Shown one piece after another: positions 45,017-57,578 of a stretch of 64,000 nucleotides of DNA. Below the pieces are notes generated by a model that was not told where the DNA came from, ran no database searches, and saw only the letters and a program-made list of their open reading frames with translations. This stretch comes from Diplonema japonicum (taxonomy: Eukaryota > Protista > Euglenozoa: Diplonemea), in contig OZ025679.1 of assembly GCA_964019335.1 (NCBI GenBank), positions 186,001 through 250,000 of the forward strand, read 5' to 3'. A program made the translations under genes and the position numbers. The stretch's first letter is position 1; each line of letters begins with the position of its first letter.

Positions 45017-47909
45017 ATGTCGCTAACATATTGGCACAACTTACCTTTCTTCGAGGTGAAGGAGGTTAAAGACAACAATGGGAAGCAGGTTTTAAGAGAG
45101 GCACAGGTGCTGTGCTGGGCAAGCGGGAGGGGTCAGCTTGTATTCGGGGACCACGAGGGGGTGGTGAAGATGTACGATAGGAGCTTTCAATGCCAACAGT
45201 TCAAAGCATTCCACGGCCCGGTCACACACCTGTACCAGGTGAAACAGCTAAAATGCCTGGTGGCAGTGGGCGACGATAAGGACGGAGAAGGCGCAAAACT
45301 AAAAATCTGGTCCCTAGACAGAGAAAACGAGGAGCCCACTCTTGTGAAGGAAATGCGGTTGTTCAACGACAGCTGCCCTCCTCCCGAAGCCCTGCCTCTT
45401 CCTCTAAACTGCAACCCCAACCTAAAGCTCGACTACCTGACGCACAGCAACACAAAGATTCCCCAATCAACCTTCACATCTCCTGTAACCTTCATCGAGG
45501 TCTCGGAGGACCTTCAGTACACCGCAGTTGGCCTCTCAAACGGCCATGTTATTCTCATCCGTGGCCACCTTCTACGTGGTGCATATAAGCAGAACATTCT
45601 CCGCCGGCAGTTCAGTCGGGTGGGGAAGCCAGCTCAGGTCAGCTACCTCGCATTTCGTAGAGACCGTGAAACCAAGAAAGAAGGATGTTTCATTCTATAC
45701 GTGGTTTATCTAGACGGTGCTAATATTTGGCGGGTACAGCTGAAGAGTGAATCATGTGAAGAAGCCCCTGATATTTATGGGTGTGAACCAGGCAGAGCTT
45801 GTGTAGCCGATGACGGACGGCTTCTTCTCGCGGAGAAAGACACGTTGAACTTCTTCGGAGGGCCCGAGGTGCGCGACGCTGATAAGGCAGGCTCAAAAAC
45901 ACCAACCCCCGGTTCCGTGACCAAAAGAATAGGATGGTTTAAAAACTACATATGGGCCGTTGCCACTAACGGGGACAAGGACCAGCTCACCGTGTACGAC
46001 TTCACCAACAAGCTGAAGGCTACGACATCGAACCAATGCAAGTACCCCAATGTGGTGTGCGTCTTGTGCGAATGGTCGTGCATCTATGTTCTGTACCAAG
46101 ACCAGGGAAACGAGGACTTGAAGCAGGTGGACCAGCGTCTCGTGCAGCTGGAAGAAAAGGACACGCAAACAAGGCTGGAACTCATCTTCAAAAAGAATCT
46201 GTACCCCGTCGCCATCGAGCTGGCCAAGTCACAACAGTTCGACGAGGCAGCCGTAACCGCCATCTACAAAAAATACGGTGACGCCCTATACCAACGAACG
46301 GAGTACAGTGGTGCCGTGGACCAGTACATCAAGACTATCGGGAACCTGGAACCGTCTTACGTTATAAGAAAGTTTCTGGACGCGCAACAGATCTTGAACC
46401 TCACAAGATACCTTGAGGAACTACACACCAGACGGTACTCGGACAGAAAACCCATCGCCAACGAGGACCACACAACCCTTCTTCTGAACTGCTACACAAA
46501 ACTGAAGGACAAAAAAAAACTGGACGAGTTCATCGCAGAGGACAGAGTCTACAACCCGGAAACCGCGATCAAAGTGTGCAGGCAAGCAACGTACTATGAT
46601 CATGCTCTTCATTTAGCGGAGAAGTTCAAGGTACACTCCAGTTATTTGAGCATACAAATCGAAGACAAGAAGGACCATGACATGGCCTTGACGTACATCC
46701 ATTCGCTGGACTTTGAGTCCGCACAGGAACAGCTGAAGGAGTACGGAAAGGTGTTGGTGAGTAAGAATCCATCGCAGGCGGCAACATTGTTGATGGAGAT
46801 ATGCACGGGGTGGAAAAGGCAAACGCACGGGTTACCCGTTGAGAGCCCTGTGGGGAGCGAGGGGCAGAAGGCATCGCCCGACCAGTTCCTACCGTGCTTT
46901 GTAGACAGACCGCGTTATTTGATGAAATTTTTAGAAATTGTGAAGAACGATCTGAGCTACCAAAACGATCAACGAAAGAGCACGATGGTGTATGACACCC
47001 TGCTGGAACTGTACCTGACTAAGAGCCTCGGCAGGGACGCAGAGGAAGACGACATCGACGACGACTACGAGGAGAGAAAAGAAAAGGCCCTTGCCCTGCT
47101 CCGCGACAACAAGGACAAGTACAACCGAGAGCACGCTCTGGTACTTGTTCAAACCCACTCCTTCAGAGAGGGCATCCTCTTCCTGTACGAGTCGTTGAAG
47201 CTCTACCAAGACATTCTGCAGTACTACATGGAGATCAACGACAAGGACGAGGTCATCAGAACCTGCGAGAATTTCGGGAAGCACGACCCAAACATGTGGG
47301 TTCAGGTTTTGCTGTATTTCGTTGGCTTGACGGAGACCGAGGACGTGTCGCTGGAGATGCAGAAGGTGTTGAAGCATATTGACGATGAAAACCTACTCCC
47401 ACCCCTCGTTGTTATTGACATCCTTGCAAAGTCGAAGGAGACGAAGCTCGACACCATCAAGAGCTATGTCGTGAAACGTCTCGAGAAGGAGATGCAGGCA
47501 ATTGACAGAGACCAGACGGTATTTAAAAAAAAAAAAAAAAAAAAATTGAAATTCCCCATTTAGGAGATCAGACAGCTACAGAGTGAGACGCAACAGTACC
47601 GGGAGGAGATCAAGTCGCAGCAGAGCCAAGCACAGATCATCAGCAATACTGCATGTAAGTCGTGTGGAAAGTTTGAGCTTCCGGTGGTGCACTTTATGTG
47701 TAAGCACTCTTATTGCCAAAGCTGTCTTGCTGAGAATGACAAGTGTTCGGAGTGCAGCCAGAAGTTCTCAAGGGTATGGATTGGTCTTTTTTATTGTACT
47801 TTCTTTCCCCCCCGCAGATTTTGGACACGAACAAGCAGTTGGAGGAAGCAGTGGAAAACCACGAAACATTCTTCAGGAAGTTGCAACCGGGCAAGGTTTG
47901 AAGAAGAAG

Positions 47910-47947
<38 letters not shown>

Positions 47948-48035
47948 ACACATTCAGGATGGCTTCTCTGTTGTTGCGGAATACTTCGGTCGTTCGATTT
48001 TCAACGGACAATACCCACCGCCTGATAGACGGTAG
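45017..48035 (+). CDS. VPS11: Vacuolar protein sorting 11 (HOPS/CORVET core); exons 45017-47518, 47564-47773, 47818-47895, 47958-48035
   Basis: YIKTIGNLEPSYVIRKFLDAQ, HTTLLLNCYTKLKD, spliced RING (CKSC..LPVVHFMCKHSYCQSC..C..C) and tail DGFSVVAEYFGR. Confidence 0.93.
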
Positions 48036-48345
48036 GTACTGTATTCCCGGAGGGAAGGGGGGGGGGGGGGGGGATGAAATAAAAGAAAAGGGGAAATCTC
48101 TTTTTTTCTTCTTTTTTTTTTCCCCTCCGCCAACATGTCTTTTCCCTTCCCTTTATTTTTACTTCTCGCTCGTTTCCCCCCCCCCCCCCCCCTTTCCACG
48201 TAAGTTTTTTATTTTTTTTTATTCCACAAAAAAGCCGAGTGTATTTATACCCCGTTCCTTCCTTTTGTTTTTTCTTCGTACTCCCAATCAAAGAAAAAAA
48301 AAGAAATTGTCGGAAAAAAATTATCAGTGGGGGGGGAGAAACAAA

Positions 48346-49105
48346 ATGACTGAACACACCCCACGTGTCGTGAGCAAATACAAACTGGCAACGACCGACA
48401 GCGAAAAGCGGTGGATCCAACTGTACGAGGGCAGGAATGGGGTGGGGAGGGGACCAGCAACGCGGATACAGGACCTGAAGGTATCGAAGAGACACATAGA
48501 TGTGTGCATCGAAGGAGAGAAACTAGAGATAGAGGTATTGAAGGGAGGAGTGAGATGTTACGTAGGGAAAAGAATGCGAAAGCATCGTCTCAAGGCAGTC
48601 AGGAAGGGCGAGAGGACCTTTGCAGAGGTGGGCGACGTGGTCCTACTAGGCGTGGGGGCAGCTCCTCTAACCCTTGTGAATGACACAGGTAGTGTTATAA
48701 AGGTATCGAATGAGCTGATGAAGTTCCCATCGCAATCACCACTGATCTTCAACGAGCAGACACCCCCTCAGTGCGCGCCTGTGACACCCCAAAAATCCCT
48801 CCCCCCTGGGGATTCACCTGTAGTCACACCAAACCTCGGTGCGAAATCCGTGAACTTCTTAAACTTAATCGAACGATTTGAAAAGGAAGAGGCGACTGTC
48901 GTCGAGACACCGCAAGCCATCTTCCCCCTGCCCACAGCCACGTCGGGCAGCCGCGCGAAGGCCCGGCCATCGCGGTCCGAATTTGACGTGGGAAAGCTTG
49001 TGCAAGAGGTTAAAAAAGAGTATGAGGGAAAGGGGGGGGAAAACAATCTTCACCAGCACGGAAGACCTATTTATGGAATCGCAAGTAGTGGCTTACCAGC
49101 ATTAG
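48346..49105 (+). CDS. FHA-domain protein (PNKP/aprataxin-type FHA) with disordered tail; exons 48346-49019, 49057-49105
   Basis: GRNGVGRGPATRIQDLKVSKRHI matches FHA GR...SR.H. A 37-nt GTATG...CAG intron gives the ending DLFMESQVVAYQH*. Confidence 0.65.
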
Positions 49106-49209
49106 AAATATCGAAAAAAAATACCCCCCATTTTATTATTATTGTGTGCAACTTGAGGGGGGGGGAACAACAACAAAACAAAAGGACTTTTTTTTTTTTT
49201 TTTTAAACA

Positions 49210-49570
49210 ATGAAATACCCCGAGTTGAGTGAGGTGGACACCTTGGGATACGAGGAGTTGAAGGTGGTGCTCAGGAACCTGCGCCAGAGACCGGTGAGAA
49301 GGAGCGAGCTGGTGGTAAGATGCGGTGAAAGGGTGATGAACACGTCCGGTTTGGGGCAGGAGAAGTGGGCGATACTGGAACAGGTATTTTATTTATTTAT
49401 TGCGGGCCGTTGCTAACCACTTCGTTCCTATCATAGTGAATTATTTTTTTTTTTCTTTCTTTTTTTGGATTTTTAAAAAAAAAAAAAAAGGTTGCAATCG
49501 CAAGCTTAGACATCATGCACTTTGCTCTGGCTGAGGAGTGCTTAGCGATGCTGGCTACAAAGTATGGAGG

Positions 49571-49605
<35 letters not shown>

Positions 49606-50252
49606 GTTTCGGTCCTGATGGGAAGCGTGTATCGCGGCTACGGGGCATGGTCTTGGAGGCGAAGGGTCTCTACGACGAAGCTGTTAAAGTGTATAACAAG
49701 ATTTTGGAGGCTCACCCAAGCGACAGGCAGAGCACATGGAGGAAGGTAGCAATTCTAAAGGCGCAGAAGAAGCACGACGAGGCTGTGAGGGAGATAGAAA
49801 AGCAGTTGAGCACCGTTGCCATCACCGCAGAGGAAGGGTACCTTGAGCTGTTGAACATGCACGTGCTGAACGAGAAGCCCGAGTACGGAAAGGCTGTGAC
49901 TGCCTGTGAAGAACTCATCCTGCAGGACCCCACCAATTACGCGTGGCTCATGCTTTACGCTGAATTGCTGTACACGATAGCCGCACAAGACGGTGGGAGT
50001 GGCAGGAAGCCGTCTCTCCTCCTTTCCCGGAAATACTACAGTGAGTCTATACTCAACAACGATGGCAGCAACAACACACGGTCTGTGTGGGGGCTGCTTC
50101 AAACATGCCGCACGGTAGCGCCTCTGCTCTCGACCCCCTCCGAAAAAGAGGAGAACACCAACCTCCGCAGCTGGGCCGAGACTCGTTTGAAATCTCTGTA
50201 CAACAAGGTTGAAGGCAGCCATGCTGGGTACTCCCTTACTGTGAGTAAGTGA
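49210..50252 (+). CDS. EMC2: ER membrane protein complex subunit 2 (TPR); exons 49210-49383, 49491-49561, 49607-50252
   Basis: EKWAILEQV.IASLD, RVSRLRGMVLEAKG.YDEA...Y, A..CEELIL.DP.N, YAELLYT, SRKYYS, RSVWGL. Confidence 0.88.
49406..49442 (+). repeat. ~37-bp dispersed repeat, copy inside EMC2 intron 1
   Basis: Matches 40978-41015. Confidence 0.85.
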
Positions 50253-50680
50253 TATAAATTCTTTTTTTTGTTTTGAGAAATTAGTGTTTTTTTTTTTTTT
50301 TTTTTTTTTTTTTTATTCTCCTCTTTTTTTTTCCGGTAAGAGTGTTATTTCGAGATTTTTTTTTCTTTTCTTTTGCAGGAACGAGTCTTTTTTTTGACTT
50401 GTCTGAACAAAAAAAAAGGGGGGAAGTTGGTAGCGTGTTTTGCGGGGTTTCTAAACTTCTCCGAGGTTTCTACCTGACGTGCAGACAACAGGCCGGCTCC
50501 TCTTTTTTTTTTTTTTTTTTTTCTTTCCATGCCATATTTTTGTTTTTTCTTCATGCTGAGTACTCTACTTTTTTTTTTTAATACTCAATATTTCAAAACA
50601 CAGAGCAAAAAAAAAGGGAGAAAAAAAAAAAAAAAAAAAGGAGGGGGAAAAAAACCAACAAGGGAGTGCAGGAAACCAAA

Positions 50681-53012
50681 ATGGGTGAGAAAATCTTGGT
50701 ATGGCCGCAGTCCCCCTCCCCCCCTCCTTGAACTTCACTTCTTAGCCCCACATCCCTGATTTGAACATTGGAGGGGTGCCCAACCTATTTGCAAGAATAG
50801 GCCTAGAGCGTCGATCTGTGGTGACGAACAGCGAAGTAGCGAAAGTATGGGAAAGAAAGCCATCTGCAAATATTTAAAAAAAAAAAAAGAAATTCCGAGT
50901 CTTAGCAAGCAGATTGCACCCTGACAAAAACCCCGGGAACAAGGATGCATTGCTTAGGTTTCAGCTGATTTCAGAGGCCTTCGGTGAACTCCAGACGTAT
51001 GTCGAAAAAAAAAAGGGGGGGGAAAGGGAGAACTAAAAAAAAAAAAAAAAAAAAAAAACAGGGAAGAAAAACGGGCGAGCTACGAGAAAAAACTCGTAAA
51101 AGCGGAAAAGAAAGAAAGCGAGAAAAAGACAAGAAGACGCTCCACATCGAGCTCCGGAAAATTCAAGAGGAGGCAGAAGCACAACCCACGCAGTCAAGAG
51201 AGAGGCAGAAGCCGATACCAGCCAAGAGGAAGGAGGGACCGTTCATGGTCCTCTTCGGGCAGCTACTACTCATCAGAGAGGTCACTCTCAAACTCTTCTG
51301 AACGATTCTACCAGTCACGCGGGAAGGGCGGGAAGAGGCGGTACTCCACAAGGTCTATGTCACGCGACTCCTCAGGGTCCTCTGCCGACTATAGGGAAAG
51401 GCAGAGCAGGTTCGGATCAGCTAGGAAGTTCAAGGGACGAAAGGGGGGACCTTCATACCACCCTCGCGACATGTCTGCCACGAGGCATTCATCAGGGAAG
51501 GGCAAGCCTGGCAACGGGCCACCGCCAACTGCCGACCAAGACAACGAATATTGCCCTGCGCCCCCCCCTCCCCCCCCGCCCCCGCCCCCGCCGCAGCACC
51601 GCACCAACAACCCCGCAGCACCCCCCACAGACGCCGACTTCACATTCGACGAGGACGAAGAATACACCCCTACTGCCCCTACCTCTAACTTCGCACCCTA
51701 CCAGCCCCCCATTGGCGGCGGGAAAAAAGGTGAGAAAGGCGGTGAGAAGGGGATGGCAGGCATGAAGGGCGGTGAGAAAGGGATGGCAGGCATGAAGGGT
51801 GGTGAAAAAGGAATGAAGGGTGGCGACCATAGTTTGAAGGGTGCAGGGAAGATGCAAAAAGGAATAAAAGGGGGTGATAAGAGACAGAAAGGCGGAGAGA
51901 AAGGATACAAAGGGCAGAAGGGTGCCAAGGGACCGGACGAAGAGCTTCCTTCGTATGAAGAGGCAGTGACCGTACCTCGCAGGGGACCCATGCCGCGGAT
52001 GGCTGTGACACCCAAAGGAGCACCGCCGCCCCCACCAGGGAGGATGCCTATCCAGCCCCGCCCTGTGATTCCCACCAAGGGGTTCCACCCCTTGCACCAA
52101 ACAGCACCTCCACCGCGACCGCAGGCTTTACGTACTCATGCCACTGGCCACGCACAGGCCGTACCACAGCAGTCTGTCTTTGGCTCGCGTGCACTGCCAC
52201 CGAAGCCTGTCAACATCCATGCCCACGCTGCCGAGCAGCCTGCCCCCCCTGTCCCTATGGTTCGACAAGCAGTCCCTGCGGCCCCTGCGGTGCGAACAGC
52301 ACCACCTCTGATCCCGCAGCAGACCCCACTCCGTGCCGACACCAATCCCCCTCCACCCACAAAGACGCTGCTTTCGCAGCAGCAGCAACAGCATGACGCG
52401 GCAGTCGACTTGAAGCGGAAGCGGACCCTGAGTGAAGATGGAGACGTAGAGATCGTTAGTATGAAGCAGCAGAAGGTCGACTCTGGGAGAACGCAGCACA
52501 ACGAGGAACGGCAGGAAGAAGAGCACAAAGAAGTAAAAAAAGCAATGCTGCAGCAACAGATGCGTGACAGGAGCGAGCAGAAAAGACACCAACAACAACA
52601 ACAACAACAACAACACCAGCACCACCAACACCAGCAACAACAACAACAACACCAACAACAACAGCACCAACAGCAACGTTGGCAGCAGAGAGTACCTGTA
52701 CCGCAAAGTACGATGCACCAATCGTGGCAGAACCCGCAGCTACTGCAGCTTCAAGAGCTCTTTATGCAGTCGTCCGACCAGGGGCTGCTGGCTCAACAGC
52801 TGCAGCAACAGATGCTGCAGCAAAGACAGCAGCAGCAGCAGGCTTTCCAGCAGAACACTGACAGACAGGCACAAATGAATGTGATGCGCACTCTGCTGAG
52901 TGGCGGCAAGCCAGTATGCGATGTCACACAGTGCACCACATTCCCACAGCAAGAGCAGACCGACACTGCCAGGACGCAAGCTGCGCTGCTTGAACTTTTG
53001 GCAAAGAAGTGA
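50681..53012 (+). CDS. J-domain (DnaJ class C) protein with long low-complexity tail; exons 50681-50698, 50746-50844, 50890-50996, 51062-53012
   Basis: Splicing yields NLFARIGL...EVAKKFRVLASRLHPDKNPG...FQLISEAFGELQTEEKRASYE (intact HPD), in frame with the 551-aa ORF at 51357. Confidence 0.85.
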
Positions 53013-53073
53013 GGGTGTAAAAAAAAAGATATTACCCGCGCCCCAAGTTTATTTAAACGAATTAAGCAGTGTT

Positions 53074-53114
<41 letters not shown>

Positions 53115-53719
53115 CAGGTGTTTTTCTTTTCTTTTTTTTTTTTCCTTCTTTTTTTTGTTGTCATCAGCACCTTTTCTCATAGGTGAGGTTGGAAGGGGGG
53201 GAAAAAAAAAAGAATGGAAAAAAAAAAAAGAAAAATGTTCGCAACAAATTCCACCCGTGGCATGGGGGGAAAAAACGAGGGGACGCCTTCCTCCTATAAC
53301 ACGCAATCCAAACTTAAAAAAAGAGTAAAACCAAGTAAACCAAAGAGGAGAGAAAAAGAGAGAAAAAAAAAAGAGAAAAAAAAAGACACTTTCAGATGAT
53401 TGATCAGATTTGTGTTCAGTGCTCTGTTTCTCTCAGGAGGAGAAGAAGGTGCAATAATAACCCAAATTCACACCTTTTCTCTCTCCTTCCTCTTTTTATC
53501 CCCCCCCCCAAAAAAAACCATCTTCCACTGCATTTTTTTGTTTTCTTTTTTTCCCTCTCCCCCCCCCCCTCTTTTTTTGTTTAGTTACTACTATTACAAT
53601 GTGATTTTTTTTTTAAAAGAAACCAAAATGAAGAATACAACAAAACACCAACAACAACAGTTATCTTAATCTCTCTGGTTTATTGATTTTTTAAAAAAAA
53701 AAATAAAACTAAGCTAAAG

Positions 53720-55831
53720 ATGGGCGCCGAAACCTTCGCTTTCCAGGCTGAGATCAACCAGCTGATGAGTTTGATCATCAACACCTTCTACTCCAACAAG
53801 GAGATCTTCCTCAGGGAACTGATCTCCAACTCGTCCGACGCTCTTGACAAGATGCGCCACATGTCTCTCCTTGACAAGGAAGCGCTTAAGGACGAGGAGA
53901 GGATGTTGATCCAGATCCACGCCGACAAGGCAGCAAAGACCGTCACCATCACCGACACTGGTGTGGGTATGACCAAGGCCGACCTTGTCAACAACCTTGG
54001 TACCATTGCCAGGTCCGGCACTAAGGGTTTCATGGAGGCCCTTGAGGCTGGTGCCGACATGTCCATGATTGGTCAGTTCGGTGTTGGTTTCTACTCCGCG
54101 TACCTCGTCTCCGACAAGGTGACCGTGATCTCGAAGCACAACGACGACGAGTGCCACCAGTGGGAATCCGCTGCCGGTGGTACCTTCACCGTCACCAAGT
54201 GCGACGCCGCCGACCTCCCCCGAGGCACCAGGATCATCTGCCACCTCAAGGACGACCAGCTTGAGTTCCTCGAGGAGAGGAGGATCAAGGACCTCGTCAA
54301 GAAGCACTCCGAGTTCATCGGCTACGACATCGAGCTCGAGGTTGAGAAGACCAACGAGAAGGAGGTCACTGACGACGAGGACGAAGAGGAGGAGGAGAAG
54401 AAGGACGAGGAGAAGAAGGAGGGTGACGAGCCCAAGGTGGAGGAGGTCAAGGAGGGCGAGGAGAAGAAGAAGAAGACCAAGAAGGTGAAGGAAGTGACCA
54501 GGGAAATGGAGAAGCTGAACAAGAACAAGCCCCTCTGGACCCGTGACCCCAAGGAGATCACCAAGGAGGAGTACGGAAGCTTCTACAAGGCCATCTCCAA
54601 CGACTGGGAGGAGCACCTTGCTGTCAAGCACTTCGCCGTCGAGGGTCAGCTGGAGTTCCGCGCCATCCTCTTCATCCCCAGGAGGGCCCCCTTCGACATG
54701 TTCGAGCCCAACAAGAAGAAGACCAACATCAAGCTGTACGTGAGGAGGGTGTTCATCATGGACAGCTGCGAGGACCTCATCCCCGAGTGGCTCTCCTTCA
54801 TCAAGGGTATCGTGGACAGCGAGGACCTCCCCCTGAACATCTCGCGTGAGAACCTGCAGCAGAACAAGATCCTGAAGGTGATCAAGAAGAACATCGTGAA
54901 GAAGACCCTTGAGATGGTGGAGGAGATCAGCGAGAACAAGGAGGACTTCGCCAAGCTCCACGAGCACTTCGGGAAGAACCTGAAGCTCGGGATCCACGAG
55001 GACTCGCAGAACAGGAAGAAGCTTGCTGAGTTCATGAGGTACTTCTCGACGAAGAGCGGTGAGGAGACAACCTCGCTGAAGGACTACGTGACCAGGATGA
55101 AGGAAGGGCAGAAGGAGATCTACTACATCACTGGTGAGAGCAAGGCCAAGATCGAGAACTCCCCGTTCATCGAGCAGTGCAAGAAGAGGGGCCTGGAGGT
55201 GCTCCTCATGACTGACCCCATCGACGAGTACGCCATGCAGCAGCTGAAGGAGTACGAGGACAAGAAGTTCAGGTGCGTGACCAAGGAGGGTTTGAAGTTC
55301 GAGGAGACTGAGGAGGAGAAGAAGCAGAAGGAGGAGGAGAAGGCTGCCTTCGAGACCCTCTGCAAGACCATGAAGGACATCCTTGGCGACAAGGTGGAGA
55401 AGGTGATGCTGTCGGACCGTCTCGCACAGGCCCCGTGCATCCTGGTGACCTCGGAGTTCGGGTGGAGCGCGCACATGGAGCAGATCATGAAGATGCAGGC
55501 CCTGAGGGACTCCTCCAGCAGCGGCTACATGGTCAGCAAGAAGACCATGGAGGTGAACCCCTCGCACCCTATCGTGAAGACGCTGAAGGCGAAGGCCGAC
55601 TCCGACGCCAACGACAAGACCGTGAAGGACCTTGTGCTCCTCCTCTTCGAGACCTCGCTCCTCACCTCCGGCTTCTCCCTTGAGGACCCCGCCGGTTACG
55701 CCGAGAGGATCCACCGCATGATCAAGCTCGGTCTTTCCATCGACGATGACGATGAGGAGGACGCACCCATCGAGGCCGACACCACCGCCGCTGAGGACGA
55801 GGGTGAGTCCAAGATGGAGGAGGTTGACTAA
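53720..55831 (+). CDS. HSP90: Cytosolic heat shock protein 90 (Hsp83)
   Basis: [45 protein letters not shown]-terminal MEEVD. Intronless, strong GC3 codon bias. Confidence 0.99.
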   Translation: MGAETFAFQAEINQLMSLIINTFYSNKEIFLRELISNSSDALDKMRHMSLLDKEALKDEERMLIQIHADKAAKTVTITDTGVGMTKADLVNNLGTIARSGTKGFMEALEAGADMSMIGQFGVGFYSAYLVSDKVTVISKHNDDECHQWESAAGGTFTVTKCDAADLPRGTRIICHLKDDQLEFLEERRIKDLVKKHSEFIGYDIELEVEKTNEKEVTDDEDEEEEEKKDEEKKEGDEPKVEEVKEGEEKKKKTKKVKEVTREMEKLNKNKPLWTRDPKEITKEEYGSFYKAISNDWEEHLAVKHFAVEGQLEFRAILFIPRRAPFDMFEPNKKKTNIKLYVRRVFIMDSCEDLIPEWLSFIKGIVDSEDLPLNISRENLQQNKILKVIKKNIVKKTLEMVEEISENKEDFAKLHEHFGKNLKLGIHEDSQNRKKLAEFMRYFSTKSGEETTSLKDYVTRMKEGQKEIYYITGESKAKIENSPFIEQCKKRGLEVLLMTDPIDEYAMQQLKEYEDKKFRCVTKEGLKFEETEEEKKQKEEEKAAFETLCKTMKDILGDKVEKVMLSDRLAQAPCILVTSEFGWSAHMEQIMKMQALRDSSSSGYMVSKKTMEVNPSHPIVKTLKAKADSDANDKTVKDLVLLLFETSLLTSGFSLEDPAGYAERIHRMIKLGLSIDDDDEEDAPIEADTTAAEDEGESKMEEVD

Positions 55832-56327
55832 GCTTAAGTTTGAAACATTTTTTTTTTTTTCATTTTAGATTTTGATTTGCATTGGATTTCTTAACATCAC
55901 CCCCCCCCATTTTTTTTTTAGAGAGAGTGGAGGCAAAAAAAGATTACTTTTAAGTGGGCGGGGTGGGGGGAGTGTGTTTCACCCTGAAGCAAAAAAAAAA
56001 AAAGAAAGATTTTTTTGGCGTGCCCATTTTATTTTATTAATTTTTTTTTCTTCACTGCTTTTTTCCCCCCTTCTTTGCCTTCACCCCTCGGTTTCTCTGC
56101 CCTCCTTTAAAAAAAAAAAAAAAATACCCCCCTCTTAACTTACCTCCCACCCCGTTCATAGTTTATCTCTTTATTCCTTTCTTAGTTTTGTTTTGTTTTT
56201 TTTTTCCCCCTTAATTTTTATATTTTCATTTTCCTTTTTTTTCTTCTCCTTCGTTTCACTTTATAAAAAAAAAAAAAAAGGAAGGGGAGGTGAAAAGAAG
56301 GGGGGAAAAAAAAAAAAAAAAAAAAAA

Positions 56328-56943
56328 ATGGCCTTGCCACGCCGGTGTGTTTCCCGGCAGTTGAGAAGGAGAGGTTCCCAGCACAAATTTCTGAATTGGC
56401 ACAACTTGGACACCCATCATGAATCGTACCACTCGCTCACGGAGGCGACGATGTACGACAGGGAAAATATTAATTATAACATCAGAAAGAGTGATTGGAA
56501 ATGGGACTCAGTTCTCACCCCTGGCCTGTACAGGCACACTCACCGAATGCACGAGCCGAGCATGAAAGTGGGCATCCCAAACTGGACAAACGAGCACCTT
56601 TTCGCCCGAGCATACTGGAACACCAACCTGAATTTATATTACTGGGAGAACTTCCACCTCAACTTCTACTACATAGAGCGAAGAAGGCGAGCCTTAAAAT
56701 CTGTCTACACCAACAACTTCGTCTTCACACCTCGATGGGCGTACAACCTCGTCTTGCTCTACACGAAGAATAACACATGGGACTACCTGGACTGCGGGTT
56801 GCGTATGAAGACAATGCTTTATGTGAACAGTCATGTGTGGCTTGTGTTTAAGTTTAAGATGCAAAAAGCAGCGAAACTGAAAGGGATGGAAAGGGGTTTA
56901 AGCAGCCGTGAGGAGGCTCGTGAACCTGTTGCTGAAAGTATGG

Positions 56944-56979
<36 letters not shown>

Positions 56980-57397
56980 GTGAACAGTTTCTTGAGGAAG
57001 GAGGATAATCTTGACCACAATGTGCCTGATGAGGCCGCAAGGGACCACAGACAGGAAGGGGCCGGGATGGCGTTCAACCGGCAGTACGCCAGCGTGGCTA
57101 CGATGGCGGGGCCTGAATTTGCAAGGGAACACACGAAGAACCGGCCTTGGTGGTGGCACGCTTACCCCGCAAAGAGACGGTATGGATGAGAAGGACAACA
57201 AAACATCAATCACAGGCGATGGGACGCCTCGAACCCCTTCGGACACGACCAGATGCAGGGCTCCTACGGAGGCAGCAGCACGTACAACATCTACGAAGAC
57301 GTGGGCTTGGACAGGGTATGGATTTTTTTTTTTTTTTTTTTAGGGGAAAAAAAAAAAAAAAAAAAAAAAAAATCAGAAAGCGATGTCAAGTTGGTAG
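56328..57397 (+). CDS. Hypothetical, probably mitochondrion-targeted protein (~309 aa); exons 56328-56937, 56981-57179, 57216-57315, 57377-57397
   Basis: Arg-rich, acid-free N-terminus MALPRRCVSRQLRRR; three GTATGG...AG introns maintain the frame; W/Y/H/N-rich. Confidence 0.7.
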
Positions 57398-57578
57398 ACG
57401 ACGTGCTTTTTTGAGAGGGAAAAAAAAAAAAAAAAAAAAAAAAAAGTGTTGAGGTGGTGGTGGGGATAACATGGAAGACGCTATTTATTCCCCCTCCCCG
57501 AGTGTATTGTTTTTCTTTTTTTTTTCCTTGCTGGGGGGTGGGAAAAAAGGCAGAAAAAAAAGGAGGAAAAAAAAAAAA

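Noticed and set aside
53714-55714. 666-aa minus-strand ORF antisense to HSP90
   Set aside because: It mirrors the HSP90 codons. Strong GC3 bias removes antisense stops, and the product has no family features.
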